This document shows positions 35,390 to 49,500 of a stretch of 64,000 nucleotides of DNA, in pieces. Under the pieces are notes generated by a model. The model worked only from the letters and a program-made list of their open reading frames with translations, made no database searches and had not been told where the DNA came from. A program made the position numbers and the translations under genes. This DNA comes from Entomortierella parvispora E1425 (Eukaryota; Fungi; Mortierellomycota), in NCBI GenBank assembly GCA_020891255.1, contig BQFW01000009.1, positions 1,612,001 to 1,676,000 of the forward strand. The letters are read 5' to 3'. Position 1 is the first letter of the stretch; every line of letters starts with the position of its first letter.

Positions 35390-35705
35390 ATTAGATGCAA
35401 AGCATGAAAACGGACAATGGTCGAAATCTTAAGAGATGAAAGACCAGTGGTGAGAAAGAGCAAGATATTTTTTGTATGTGATCAAAGAAACAGACAGCAG
35501 ATAGAAAAAAATGAAGGAACCAATGAAGAGAAGAATAGGATTCCCATCTAAAATACCAAACGTTGACGAGGACCTGCAATAAAAAGTCAAGGATAACATT
35601 GAGAGACAAGCACTTTGTGGGCTGATCCGATCCAGAAGAGGACCTGTGCAAGAGTTTTTTATTACTCCTTTTTTTTTCTTTCTCTATGCCTCCTGCCTTC
35701 TATCT

Positions 35706-38113
35706 CTAGTGGGCAGAAGAGCTTCGCTCGCGTTCAACAGCGGCCAGAGCATCTTTGTCCTCGATGGCCGACTTCTTGGTCTCCTCTGTAGGATGCCCAG
35801 CATGCTTCAGAGTCTTGCTCTTCCGGGTTCGCTTGATCTCGAGCATCCATCCCAACAGTCCCTGCATACTGGGTCGGACCATTTCCCTGTTCCAAGCCAT
35901 CCCTGTCAACAGGACTGACATGGACACGGCGTACATAAGCGCCTCTCCCGTCATCTCTACTTTACGGTTCAAGCCCCAAGATCCCGTCATGACGCGACTC
36001 CACATCGAGTACATGGCACGCGGCAGGACATAGAGGGCCATCTCTGCTCTCCGATGAGGCTTCTCAATCAGGACCGAGAATCCACACATGAAGGAGCCCA
36101 ACAAGGGTCCATAGATGTTATCAATCACATTGCTGGTGTACCGACGACCAGTCACCTTCATGGTCAAGGGCATGACCTTGGACCGCCAGGTGCAGATTCC
36201 ATACCAGATCAATGCAATATAGGTCGCCAAGAACGCACTTGAACGGGCTGTGGCCAAGAGGGTCGAGGAGACCGTTCCCACAGGGTTCTCGCGCAAACGG
36301 TTGAAGAAAGCCTTGGGACTGAGCAGGGCTGGCAAGAGATGCACAGGCAGGTAGATCTATTTCGATGGCAAGGGAGCGTGAACAGCATATTAGAAACACT
36401 TGCCATCAACAAAAGCACGTCTTATTGTTGAGCTTTACTCTCAGTAGCATCACTTACGCCAGTGCTGACCATGAATCCCTGAATCCAGCGGTATCCTGTA
36501 TGTGCCTATGGGGTTTAGGAAAGAATAAGTGGTCAAAGGGTCAGCGGAGCAAATTCCCTCGTCAAAGCAAAGCTGGTAATGCGACATTTCATTTTGCTGC
36601 CGTTACATACCTCGCAAGATTTGGCGATACCCTGGTGAACGAGCTCACAAGGGATCTGACGACGCAGTTCAAAGTCACCTTTTAAAAAAAAAAAAAAAAA
36701 AAAAAAAGCCATTTCCAGGAGCAACTGACAATGAGTGTCTTTGGTCATCTACGGCAACTCTTTTTTTCAAAACGAGAAAATGAAGGGTGAACATACCCAT
36801 CTTGGGATCCATTCCCAAATCATGACAAAGTCCAATGAGCAAGTTGCTGACAGCTGGTGGGTTCTGTTGTTCGAACTGAATTGCGTCCGATTTGACGCCT
36901 CTCAAAGTCTCTAGTAAGCGCTTGTCCATTCTCGCCATCCTCGTGATCCAGAACGCGTAAGGCCTAACAGTCAAAACCATGAAAATAGTCGTCTCGTTAG
37001 TTGGTACCTGTGAACATTGCTAAAACTCATTTCAAGGCAGGAAGTAACGTCCAATGGTCATATCTCCCCATAGTGCCTTTTTCCTTCAATCGTTCCGCCT
37101 TACCCAGGCAAACGTTCTGGGGCATACAGCCACGAAAACATGATCTCTGTACAACTCAGGACAAACACGGCTACGGCGCCATAGGTTCCCAACCAGCTAG
37201 GACCCCATCGATTCTTGACCGCCACATGTCCAAAGACATCCAAGGCTCGCACCACTGCAAAGAGCGAGTAGTCAATCGTAGCGTGTTGAGGTCTGTTCCG
37301 ATGCATGAACACGATTGCGCCCGCAGAAGACAAGAACGAGGCCATCATAGTAATCCGTTGTCGTAGGTCAGCAGCGAGTTCAATCTTGTCGCTGTCATGC
37401 CTCGTCCAATGCCTGTGTGCCTTTAGCTCTTTTTCGGTTTCTTCCTCTTCCGGGGACACGGATGTCGCTGTGGTCGCACGAACCGAACCTGAGGTGGCCG
37501 CGAGACGCTCTTGTTGTTGACGTTGCAAATGTTGGGCCAAGATCGCCTTCTTCATCCCTTTGGTCAAGAAAATCTCCAAGAGTTTGTAACCACCGAGGGT
37601 GATCATCAGCAGCATGCTCATGCCATCCTTTCTGGCACTAGTACCGTCTTTCAAGACCGTCAACAACGATCCAAGAAACGCCGTCAGGACATTGTTGCCC
37701 TTGGCAGCCGCGGTGGCCTTACGAGGGTTGGTGATGAAGGCAATCAGGGTCTTGATCAGCTTTGGAGCTGTGGCAAAGACAAAACCGACACCATACGATC
37801 GAATACAGACGCGGAAGGCGGACACGAGCTCGGGGGAGATTTGGATAGGGAGTCGGACATGCTTTTTTTTGTGGCTGTGGGATGAAGAAGGGTGGGCTTT
37901 GGAAGAAGAAGAGGAGTGGGGAGTAGGAGTCGGTTGTTTGGTGGACAAAGACTCCTGTGGTGGTGGCGACGGCGCTTCAATGTGGTTCTGTGGCGTGGGT
38001 GACTCAGTGTCTGCGGGTTGCTTCTGCGTATGCGTCTGCGACTGTTGGGCAGGTGAGGAGACTCCTGCGGCATGATCCGCATGGTCGTCTGCAGATGCAC
38101 GGGCGGCCATCAT
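35706..38113 (-). CDS. TMEM135-like (PMP4/Tim17-related) membrane protein
   Basis: Multi-exon gene. Contains IPCELVHQG, IYLPVHLLP, TARSSAFLATY and GFSVLIEKPHRRAEMALYVLPRA, typical of the TMEM135 family. Confidence 0.85.
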
Positions 38114-39066
38114 TGTGATGTACTATACAATGGGGGTTGGCAAATGAATGAATGAAAGAAAAGGAAGCCAGGAAGGAGGAAACAAGAGGGGAAGGGTCCT
38201 CTTTGGTGCCTGAAAGGGAGTTTCACTGGGCAAAGGCTCGCTTCGGCTTTGTGTTTCCTGGCTAAGGAAGAGTGGGTTGAAGAGAGTGGAGGAAAGGGGT
38301 TCGTTCGCTGGTTCGGGTGGAGAATGGCAGGAACAACAAAGGAAAGAAAGGAATGAACAAATGAACAGAATCAACAGAACCCCAATCTCCACGCGTGGTG
38401 GTGTCAGCAAGAGAGAGAACAGAGCCCCGTCCGGCAGGACCATTGCCGTGCTTGACTGCTGGAAGAGAGGACAGGCAAGGCCCCGTTTCTGACTGGACCA
38501 TTGCACTCCAGGGGAGCCCGTCGGGGGGTAGCTGCGCCTGGAGGATGAGTAAAAGCATGTAGGAACAATGGCCTGATCTCTCTGACCTTGCCCACAATGG
38601 TGCTTCGTTCCCTTTCTTTTCACTCTTCTACCCCCAAAAGTCTTTTTTTTTTTTTTTTTTACTCTTCTTCACATGTCGATCACGGAATTACAATACAATG
38701 CACGGACAAAGATAGACGATGAGTGATCTGGTTGGGTGGGTGCTCCCTGTTGGTTTTCTGTTTGTTTTTATTGTTTTATTTTCCCATGTCTAGGATGGGT
38801 CTAGAGACGACGGCATGGTCGTCGATTGGCATGACGACTGTGGAGGGGGGGTGATGATGACGGGAGAAGGGGGTGGGTGGGTAAAGATACATCCCTTCTG
38901 TGGTTCATAAAGCAAGCAAAAGGGACCAGATGAGCCAGCATCCGGTTCTCAATTGATCGAACAAGAGGTTATGGGAGGAGGAGGAGTAATGGGTAGTTGC
39001 GGTCGGAAAGAATACAAAGAAAGGTCGGTTTGATGTCAGAGTCGTTTTCTCTTTTGTCCAGATATT

Positions 39067-41006
39067 CTATGCCTCAATTCCACTGTCGGGAGTTGCGGGT
39101 CTGTCCTTGACCGATGATGATCCACTTGCAGAACCCGAGCCCTGCTGGGCTGCTCTCTTCAAGCAAGCCTCCTGAATACCTCTGAGGAATCCTGGGATAC
39201 CAGACTTTGTTGCCCAGTTGACGATTGACGTGGGGATGTGGCCCTGTGAACAGATAAAGAGAATTGACAACGTCAACAAGCCATTCATTCAAGCATAGTG
39301 GTCCAAGCGTGTGTATGTGTATGTGTGTGTTCCTGTAGAGCTGCAACACTTTTGCAGGCGCATTCAATGCAAACGAGAAGAAAACGGGGAGCCTCGAAAG
39401 GAAAAACCACAGTTCCTTTTGTTGTTTTCTTTGTGCAGGGTGCAGAACACAAAGCACAACAACAACGGCGTCTTCATGAAGATTCTAGCCATTCGCTCAG
39501 TTGAGGGACGCGCTTGTCTTGTACTTTGTCCCTTCTCCTTATAAAGGACCCCCCTCACCTTCTCTTTTTCCATAACCTGACACCATACCCATCAGCCCGT
39601 CCACTCCGTGCCAATCTTGCTCAATCTTTTCCCTCGTAGACATTGGATGATTATCAGTTGTCCACTAGGCCCATTGGGCACAGTAAAGCAGGGTTGAGTT
39701 TTCCTTCCCCAGAGCCCACAAACAGAGTTCTCCATCGCTTAATTTGTGTTGCCCATGTCGACTCTATTTCTGCATCCACCCTGCAAATTTGTCCATCCTG
39801 TTATTTTCGCATATCGGACATCTCCTGTTGTCCTTGAGTGCAACACAAAACGATGCCAACAGATGACCGAGTTGAGAGTGAAAGGAGGTAGAAAAGGATC
39901 TTTGGCGAGAACATTGTGATCTTTTGCTGTTTTGTTTGCTGCAGTCAATCAGGGGTCTGGACCTGTGCTGGTGAACATACGCGCGTGCTTGTATCCTCAG
40001 GATCAGCGATAACAAAAAGGCAAAGGTTGACATCATGTCTCCACCCTCCACTTCCTCTCTTTTCCGATCCAGTCCCCCTTTGTCATCCACCCAATGATCT
40101 ATTCCTGTCAGTGCGTGCTTGATCTCATGGCCCAGGTTCGTCACAGGAGAACAAAGAAGAAACTGCTGTTGCCAAGTCCAATTTGTCCTGCAAAAAATAC
40201 AAGACCCAGTTTTCCTGAGTGTAGCAAAGCAATATAGCACAATTATTTACCTTGGGATCATCAAAATAGCCGAACCAGACGTAGCACCCTTTACCATCCT
40301 CTGATGGCACCATGACCACGTCCTGACGGTATTCTTCTACGCGAACAGACTTGTTGGGAGGAGGAAGTTTGAAGACCTTGTTGGCCTGTGATGGTGATCC
40401 ACCTGCAGGCAGCGAAACTGTGGATGCAGCACCAGCGCCGGAAATTCCAGGGACCAGCAAGGAGAGGGGGCCCTTTTTGTAAGGGAACTGCTGTTGCACT
40501 GTAGGCGTCGTCGTCGCGTTCAGACTCACGGTCGAGGTCGAGGTCATAGGTGGAGGCACAAGAGTGACCATGGACTTGTAGTTGTTGGAGGAGAGCAGAT
40601 TCTGAAGCGTACCGTCAGCAGCGCGGGTCTTGCCCACAGTTTGAGAACTCACGCAGAAATGATTCTCCTTGGGTTCATGGACCGTCAGCTCGTAAAAGTA
40701 CTCTCTGGGCGACAAGGGCCAGGGAAACTTTGTGGTGTAATGGATGACATCGTGGTCCAGCTTATTGAAACCGACCATGTTCTTGTCCCAGGTCTTGCGG
40801 TACTCTAGATCTGTGAAGACATCGGCCAGGAGGCGAGAGGGGACATCGGGGTAGTGGCCCAAGGCCTTGTATTCGTAGAGGCCGGTGTTGGGCATGGCGC
40901 GACGATAGATACAGAAGCCGTGTGATTCGAGAAAGAGCTCCCAGTCGGCGACCTTGGGCGAGGTCAGTTCAGCAAGGCATTCCTCGAACTGAAGATCAGA
41001 AAGCAT
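39067..41006 (-). CDS. START-domain lipid transfer protein (PCTP/StARD2/StARD7-like)
   Basis: DLEYRKTWDKNM, KFPWPLSPREY and the spliced YFDDPK|GHIPTSIVNWA signature. Exons 41006-40251 and 39243-39067. Confidence 0.9.
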
Positions 41007-42025
41007 TGTGAGAAGGGGATGGAGGGGTTGAAGAGAGTGGAGAGGCTAAAGATGAGGAGGCAGGAGGGGGAGGAAAGAAGGTGTGGAAGGAAGAGTGAAA
41101 ATAGAACAGAACAAAAAGAGTGGGGTTGGCAGAGGAGAATGAACAAGAGCGTGAAAGACAGAGAGAAGGCGCAGAGAAACCAAACAGCACAGCAATGAAC
41201 AGACACAAGGGAGATTGAGATGGAATGAATGAAGGGAAGAAGGGAAGAGAAGAGAAGGGAATGAAGGAAGGAAAGAAAGAGTGAATGGATCAGAGAGTGA
41301 TCCGCACGGGGAGGAATGTGTGAAGTGAGAGCGAGGAAGTGAGAGAGAGAGACAAGTGTGAAGTGTGAGAGACAGACAGACCGACAGACAGACAGACAGG
41401 CCAGAACACCCAGGACGGCAGGAAAGGACAAAACTGATTAAACTCAAAGAGTGCGACGGAGGGAGCGAGTGATAAAATGAACACTCATCACAAATCGCCA
41501 ATCTCTGACCACTCAGAGCCAGCCTCGAGCGGCATGCCCCTCGCCCCTCTGATTGGCCATCCCCTCGATGCGCGGGAACTGGCTGGCTGGCCGTGTCTCT
41601 CTTTCCTTTTTTCTTCTTTCTCGCCCATGGATCATCTTTGACCAGTCAGCAGTGATCACCGCCGTCGAAATAGTTTACTCCCACTGTGGCGCCCTGCCTT
41701 GTAGTCAAACAGGGACATCAAAAGGTTGCTGCTCCACGGCTACCTATGTTCTCCACTAGCCATGGTCCGAACCCTCGTTCTCTGAATCGACCAACTCCAA
41801 AATTCCCATATCGACTACACTGTCTTGTCCGAGCTCCCCAACCCAAAAAAAAACTCAATGTCCAAGTGTGTTATCAAGGGAGCCTAGTAGTGTCAATTGA
41901 GGATCATCGACCCAGATCAACAGCATTCCGACGGTAGTTACTGGATGTGTTGACAACGTTCAGTGCAGATCTAGATGTTTACTGTTTATGAAAACGTCCG
42001 TTCGGCTTTATTTATTTACAATTGT

Positions 42026-43757
42026 TCAGGACATTGCCGGCTTTGGCTGACGATTGAACAGTAGGCTGAATATATCAGAGGTGCTACTCGTATGTTGCAC
42101 CTTATCGTCGCTTTGTCCGTTACCGCCGTCATCATTCCTTCGACCATCGCGTCCTTCTCTTTCGCTATCGTCCACCTTTCCTTTTCCACCAGCTCCCCCT
42201 CCAGGTCCCCGACCAGAATCCTGTGCCGACAGCGTAGACACAGTCGATAGAGTCAATGACGCGTGGCGATCTGTGGTGCCTCCCATGATCTGCAAAGCCG
42301 AAAACAACTCTTTGCACCGTGCACTCGGCTGGATGCCATATCGGATCATATCATTGTAGATCCACCTGGATATTTGGTTCTCTCCTCTGGCCATGTATGC
42401 TTCCATTAACTCGCTCCACGCCGACTGTGCAATCACCTTCCCAAGAGCGGCGTCGCTTTGATGAAGAAGCGTTTGTACTTCGGTCAAATAGCCTCGTTGT
42501 GTCAACCGTTGAACGAGGGCCAGGGCCACCTTTCGGTGCTTTTCCAACTCAGGGGAGAGATTCCTCGCCGTCATCTTGTCAATGAGATCCACGGCTGCCT
42601 CGAGGTCCTGGGCACGATGAACAAGATAAACGAGGTAGGTCCTGTACGCAAATATGGCATTTCCATTCGCTGCCGCTGATGCACTGAGTCGTAGTTGTGG
42701 CTCAATGGCCCTCCAAATCTCTTGTACCCTGTCCTGGCTGGGTGACTTTATCTTGATGTCTGATTTTCCAGATGCAGCCGCCGACGATGATGCCTCTTCA
42801 GATTCGGATGATGATGTTGGTAGTGCCGTCACGGAGGTCGTAGGTGTCATCTTGATGTAGTACTCGAGAAGGGCGCTCAAATCATAGATTGAGTTTGGGT
42901 GCATATTGTGATCAATCATTCTCTGCACCATGCTTCCTGCTATTGCCAAGTTCCCTGACCGCGCATGAGCTCTAATCATGGCTGCCAGCGTCCTCACAGA
43001 AGGCGGAATGTTTCTGTTCTCTGTCCATTCAAACGCCTGGGTCGCCCGCTTGAGCTCCCCGACTTTGATCCAAGCTTGGATAATATAAAAGTGATCATTT
43101 GCAGACCCACTCGCCTCCAGTTCAAGTCGTTCCTGCTCCTTTTGAATCCAGGCAATATCCTTGTGTTTGGCTGCGGCGGCGAGTCGATCCTTCCGAGCCC
43201 GTGTCCTTTGACGTGTCATAGCATCCTTCTGTGAATGAGCGGTCCAGTGTTCGATCACGGACTTGTACGCATCTTCGGGTTTATGGACCTGCTCTGCAAT
43301 CCTTGTCCTGAACGAGACCGTCAATGCCTACAAAGTGAACAGAGGGATTAATGACATTTCAAATCGAAAATTTCAGCGCCACCTCCTGTCTAAAACAATG
43401 GCCCCGGATCCCCCCATTCCTTTTCAGATCTCATACCTGGTATAGATCGTCTTCTTCTTTGGAGGAAGACGAGCGCTGCGAGGGCCCAGATGTCGAAAAG
43501 GGAGCGGCAGCCAGGTGATGTGGCAAAGTACCCTGATGGCCATGAAAGGATGATTGGGCATGTAATGATTGTCCTGTTGTTGTTCCTGACGGGTTGGGCT
43601 GACTGGGTCGGTGAAGCCATGAGGCAGCCTTTTCTAGTCTTACGGAAAGTCCAAAGCCCAGTAGAGATGTGCGGTTTGACGAGACCGATGCGGACGTCGA
43701 GAGGGCACGCGTCCCTGAGGTGAAGGCAGAGGAGGGCAGCTTTCCGGCAGGCGTCAT
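42026..43757 (-). CDS. Pentatricopeptide-repeat (PPR) protein, probably mitochondrial
   Basis: Presequence-like exon 1 (43757-43437) and exon 2 (43327-42026). PPR-like 35-aa motifs such as TLAAMIRAHARSGNLAIAGSMVQRMIDHNMHPN and AWSELMEAYMARGENQISRWIYNDMIRYGIQPS. Confidence 0.85.
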
Positions 43758-44191
43758 TCTTGGACAGCGAATGTAAGCTGCAGCGATGGTCAATATCTAG
43801 GGTAATTCAAGGTAACTTGACGCAGAGAGAGGGAGGGAGAGAGAGAGAGACAGAATAGTGAGGAGCAAAAGGAAGTTCTGTTGAAAAGGGGATCGCTGCC
43901 AGTGGTGGATTCGTGTATGCTGAAAAGGAATGAAGGGATGAGTGCTGAGTGAATGCATTGCACCCAAGGACATGATCTCTCTTTCCGCTCCCGGAGGGAC
44001 TGTCATTTTATCGCTAATAAATAATAAAATATATTGGAATAAAATTTCCTAAGACTTTTCCGTCTTGCCCCGTACCGCCTCTTCCTTCTGCGCTTTTTGT
44101 CATCAAGACGTCGCATCTCTCTTCCTGTCCGTTCTCTCATCATCACCATCACCTCCCTTCACCCCACTGATTATTGTCATTGCCATCCATT

Positions 44192-46344
44192 ATGAGCAAG
44201 GATTCCACTCCGAACAATCACGTTGACGACGACTCGTCTTCAGTCGAGGCGCCTGTTGGTCAGAAAGACTCTCTCCGCTCTTTCATTGGTACCCTGGCCT
44301 CCTTCTCTGGCGACCTCTCCTCCCTGACTTGCCCAAGTTTCCTCCTGAGCTCGGTCTCGCTTTTGGAATACAGGCAAGTCTTTATAAAATATCATTTACA
44401 CTTGGGATTGCCTTCACCGCTGACGGAAGAGGGAATTGAATCCCCCTTTCTCTCTGCAACAAAAAAAAAAAAAAAAATACCTGAGACCACCCATCTCCTT
44501 TTTGGTGGCAAACCCACCCATGCTTCCATGGAGAACACTGGACTCTGCATCGAAAAAGAAATGAACGGGGCCAAAATGAAGAGGGTCGGTCAATGGGTAC
44601 CGGATGAATACCTGAACCTTCTTTCCCGGCTCCAAAGGAGGCAATCACTTGCTCCATCCTCATTGGGTCCGCGTCAGGTCCATGGGAGCACAGCACAGCT
44701 TTGCTGCCTGCAGGGGGGAGACCACAGCAGTAACGAAGGAAGCAAGAGCAGTGTTGTCGCCAACATCCACATTTCCACGGTGCAGAGGCTTTGTTTTGGT
44801 TTTTCTTTTTCTTTTTGGGGGCCTTGTCACAAAAACAAGATACCCAACAACATCAAGAAAAAGGGACGGATGATGCTTAAAGACGAATTGTGGGGTGTGG
44901 AGATATCAAGCTGCCTGCACTGCTTCATCCTCCTAACCAGCAGCCTTTTTTGTGGTGAACGATAGCCAATATTGGGGTGACCACCCGAAACTCTTTGCAT
45001 CCATCTCCGCAGGCGCTTCACCGGAGGAGCGCCTCCTCAATTGCACGCGCTGGTTCATCTCGACGCTCAACGGCTCTTACTCTGCCCGATCCACAGCCGC
45101 GGGCATGGAGAAAAAGCCTTACAACCCCATTCTCGGAGAACAATATTTTGCCACATGGCCTGGCGACGAAACAACCGGTGCGACCGTTTTGACGGCAGAG
45201 CAAGTCAGCCATCACCCTCCAGTAAGTGAGTGACAGCCGCTGGGCTGAATCGTGCTTGTCAAAACTTGTTACCTCGCACAACTCGAGGCACGAGCCGAGA
45301 AAATAGCTCACAAGAGGACAAGACGGTGGAAAAAAAAAAAAGATTCCAGAGAATCAAATCAACATTGCAGAATCTCCGACGCGTGATAGACGTGCACTTC
45401 CGCGTTGCACAACTCTCATGACTAATTGGCCCTCATCGCTATCATGTTACCAAGAGCACAAGATACTCTTATTTCCTACCCAACCCTATCTAACCGATAG
45501 TTTCTCCCTTAATATTTTGTCACAGATTATGGGCTTTCACTTGGAGAACAAGGACGCAGGAGTTTTCTTGGACGGTCATTGCGGCCAAAAGTCTCGGTTT
45601 GCGATGCCTGCGGGAATTGATGTCGGTCAAACAGGACATGCCATTTTGACCTTGCCCAAATTCAACGAGACCTATTTGATTACCTTGCCAACACTGAACA
45701 TCCGTGGTATTGTCACCGGTCGACCCACTGTTGAGTTGGCTGGCTCGACCTATATCATCAGCAGCGCAAACCAATTGACGACGATCGAGTATAGCACCAA
45801 GGGCTACTTTTCTGGTGAGAGACACAGCTTCAAGGCGACCATCAAGTCTCTTGCATCGGGATCATCACCCATTTATACCGCGCAGGGAGTCTGGAGTGGG
45901 GTGTCAAATTACAAGGATCATCAGCCCTCGTCTCCTTCCTCCTCCTCCTCCAAGAAGAGTGCCTTGGAGGGTCGTTTGTTCTTTGATGCACAGACAGATA
46001 AGGCTGTCATACCTGATGTGACCGCAATCGAAGAACAGGGACCCTTGGAATCTCGCCGCCTCTGGGCCACAGTCACCAAGGCGATCAATGCCAAGGACTA
46101 TGGAACGGCCTCAAGGGAAAAGTCCCAGATTGAAGATGCACAGCGTGTGTTGGCCAAGGCCCGGAAAGAACGTGGAGAGACGCAGGCGGATGCCCTCAAG
46201 ATCTTTGTCCTGGTCGACGAAGACGCTGACGAATCTGGATTGGCCTTCAAGTCCTTGAAGGAGAAGCTGACGAACGCGGCCGGAGCCAAGGCGATCAAGG
46301 AGGACGACAAGAAGCCTCATTGGAGATTGAGACTGAGACAGTAA
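44192..46344 (+). CDS. Oxysterol-binding protein, Kes1/Osh4-like
   Basis: GDLSSLTCPSFLL lid, EKKPYNPILGE, OSBP fingerprint EQVSHHPP and ESRRLW..VT. Exons 44192-44373, 44966-45221 and 45526-46344. Confidence 0.95.
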
Positions 46345-46531
46345 ACAAATGACTTATATTTCATCCCCCACTTATACTAGATGGGAGGGACTCTTCATCC
46401 CTCCCATTCATAAAAAAGCAACTGATATTGACCACTCAAAGAGTTCAGCTTGTCATTGTACATTTTATTGGATATCTCGACAGTCTGTTGGTAATCAAAA
46501 ACTTTTTCTTTTTGTTTTTTCTTTTGTCTTT

Positions 46532-49500
46532 CTAGCGAGATCTAGACCTCGACTGGCTGGCCTGCTTCTGGAGGCGAGGTCGTTTGGCGACCGCGATCGA
46601 ATTGGCGCCAGAAAGCGCGTTGCCACGATTGCGTTTTCCTCCGCCTGCTCCTCCTCCACCGCCACCGCCAGCATTACCTCCACCGGATTTACGAGCAGGC
46701 GAACGACTTGAATGTCCTCTTTTCCTGCTATTGTTCTTGTCCATACTCTGATCCCGAGAGCGAGACCGGAGGCCTCGTCTACGTTGATTGTTTCTATTGT
46801 TGCGACCATTGCCGTTACTATTGTTGTTATTGTTGTTCCTGTTGCCTCCTTGTTTTTGATCCTTCCGACCACTGTTCTGGTTCCGGGACGGGGATCTTGA
46901 TCTGGATCGAGAGCGAGACCGTGAGCGGGACCTTGGCGTTCTGGAACGGGCTCGGACACGGGAAGGAGAGCGGGACCTTGAACGCGACCTTGAGCGGGGT
47001 CGCGAGTGCGATCGAGAGCGAGATCTTGCCCGCTCTTTAAGTTCCTTGACCGCATCGCCTTCCTTTTTATCACCAGTGACCCCCCCTACCACAGAAGTCG
47101 CCTCGGCTGTAGCAGTCGTATGCTGCTCTCCGATTTTCTTCTCCTTGAGGTCTGACGAAAATGCTTCTGCAGTCGCCGCCGGCGCCGCAGTTGGAGGTGG
47201 TGACCCAGACTTTCTGAGATCTCGACGAGTTTGGCTTCGAGAGCGCTTTGATGGTGACGACTGGTGTTGCTCCTTTTCAGCATCCTTCACGGGACGTCGA
47301 GAAGGACTGCCGCCCTGTCGACTTCGGCTCCTGCTTCGACTTTGGTCTCGCCGCCGCCGACGATCAACAGGAGTACGGGATCGACTCTCGCCCCGCTTAC
47401 GGGTATCTTGTTTGTTGTCATGGACGCCGCCGCTGTTGTCCTTTCCCTTCACAGGGCTTGTGGACCAACTGGCACGACGCGATCGACCAGCTCCACCGCC
47501 ACCAGCAGCGCCTGCCTTTGGAGGCGATCGAGTACGACTCCTACCTCGCTGTTGCTGTTGTGGTCGACCACCACCTCGTTGATTTCTTCTTCTGCTGGGA
47601 CTACGACTCCGACTACGACTTGGGCTTCGATTCCGGGGACGGTCTCTACTTCTACTCCTGTCCCAGTGGCGCCTATCGGGCGATCTTGAACGGGGTCGAG
47701 ATGACCTGTTGTTGGTGGTGGTGGTGGTGGTGGTGTTGTTGTTGTTCTTGCTGTTGCTTTGGTTGTTGGGGCGACGGTCTCGAGGACTACGGGAGCGCTC
47801 TCGGCTGTTTCTTCTATCCCGCCTGCTGTTTCCATCCTTGTCCTTGGCGTCAGCCTTGTCTTCAAGTTTCGACTCTGGCTTCACATCTTGATGCGTCTTC
47901 TCTGACACTGAAGCCGCATCCGTCATGACCACGTCTTCCTTTGACTTTTCATCCTTCTCAGGCTTGGCCACTTGAGACTTTGTAGGGGAAACTGCCCCAC
48001 CCTTGTCCGCCTTTGCCGTGTTGTCAGCATGAGCAACCGTGTCCTTGTTGGCTTCCTCTTTACGTGTTTCCGAGTCAAGCTCCCTATCCACAGTTGCTTT
48101 GCGGTCTCTTGTATGCGATTGAGAGCGAGAGCGAGATCTACGGCGGCTAGAGATCGGCGACCGTGACCGCGTCCGTGACCTAGATCGTCGCTGCTGTTGT
48201 TTCCGTGAACTGTCTCTTGCGCTTCCACCGCCTCGTCGAGCACTGCCATTGGTCATTCGGGACCCACTTCTAGATCTCGACCGCCGTCTTGTCGATCTCG
48301 ATCTTGACCTCGACCTTGATCCACGACGTCGGACAGGCGATCGCGAGGTTGAATCTCGACGTTTCGTACCCGTGTAAAAGTCGCCTTTGCGGCGACCACC
48401 CGATCTCCTGTTGTCGCGATCTCGACTCAAACTTCGACGTCGATCTCTATCGCGCTCTCTATAGTCACGTCCGCCTCGTCCATGGTTCAGATCATGGTTG
48501 CGATCCAGTCGATCCATAAGCTCTTGTTGATCTCCCTGTCGGTCGCTATGATGACGGTCACGGTCACGGTCACGGTCTCCAGAGCCTGCTGGTCCTCCTT
48601 GTTGTTGCTGTTGCTGTTGTCGATCTCCTTTTTTCTTCTTGTTCTTCTTTTTCTTTTTCTTGGGAGCACCGTCTCCTCCCTGGGGATTAGACTGACCCAA
48701 GGTGTTAAGTGTATCGGTCTCCAGCACAAGCTCATTGATGTCGTCAATATTGGATTTTGGAGGCAAGGCAATAGAGTTTACCCCTGCACCACCGGCCTGT
48801 CCCTGTCCTTGTCCATGACGGAAAGACTCTTGTGCTTTCTGTAGTCCCAATATCCAAAAAATGAGTCAGTACGAGCCGAAATAAAGAGGATCCAAGTCCC
48901 TAATAAACATGCGAATATTGCTACTTTGTTGTTTCTCCTTACCATGATCTGAAATTCTTCTTCCTGCTGCATTGTCGATTCCAGATACTGAGAAGCCAAT
49001 TGGTTGGTGGGATCGAGATTCAAAGCTTGTCGGAAATCCATGATAGCTGCTCTAAACTTCTGAAGATTTACAAATCTAGAAACATAAAAGGACGTCATGT
49101 TTCTCATTAGCATCCGCAACGGATCAAAAGTCGCCTCGTTTCTGCCCCTACGTCCTTTTCACCATTGATTCCAAAAATAACATACGTGCATCCGCGTGCG
49201 ACAAAAGCCTCAAGGTATTTGTTGTCGATTTGGATCGCTTGTGTGTAGGCTCTGATAGCATCATCCACCTGGCCGCTAGCTGCAAACTGGATTCCTTGAT
49301 CATAACTGCGAACGCGACGTGAGAAGAAAATAAGCGTTTGTCAGCATCCTGGCGCGATGAAATGGGTTGGATTGATTTCCTCTGCGAGGGTCGGTATTGG
49401 TAGATCATTGCAGGGCATGCGATGTCGCTCTCCTTTACCTGTCCATAGCCCACAATCTATTTTGTTCATCTCGAAGATCAAGATAAGTCTCCTTTCGGTG

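Noticed and set aside
46495-48844. Multiple overlapping ORFs on both strands over the RS-rich exon (also over the SDRs and CotH, e.g. 61091-61810)
   Set aside because: Shadow ORFs caused by repetitive or biased codon usage of the real gene.
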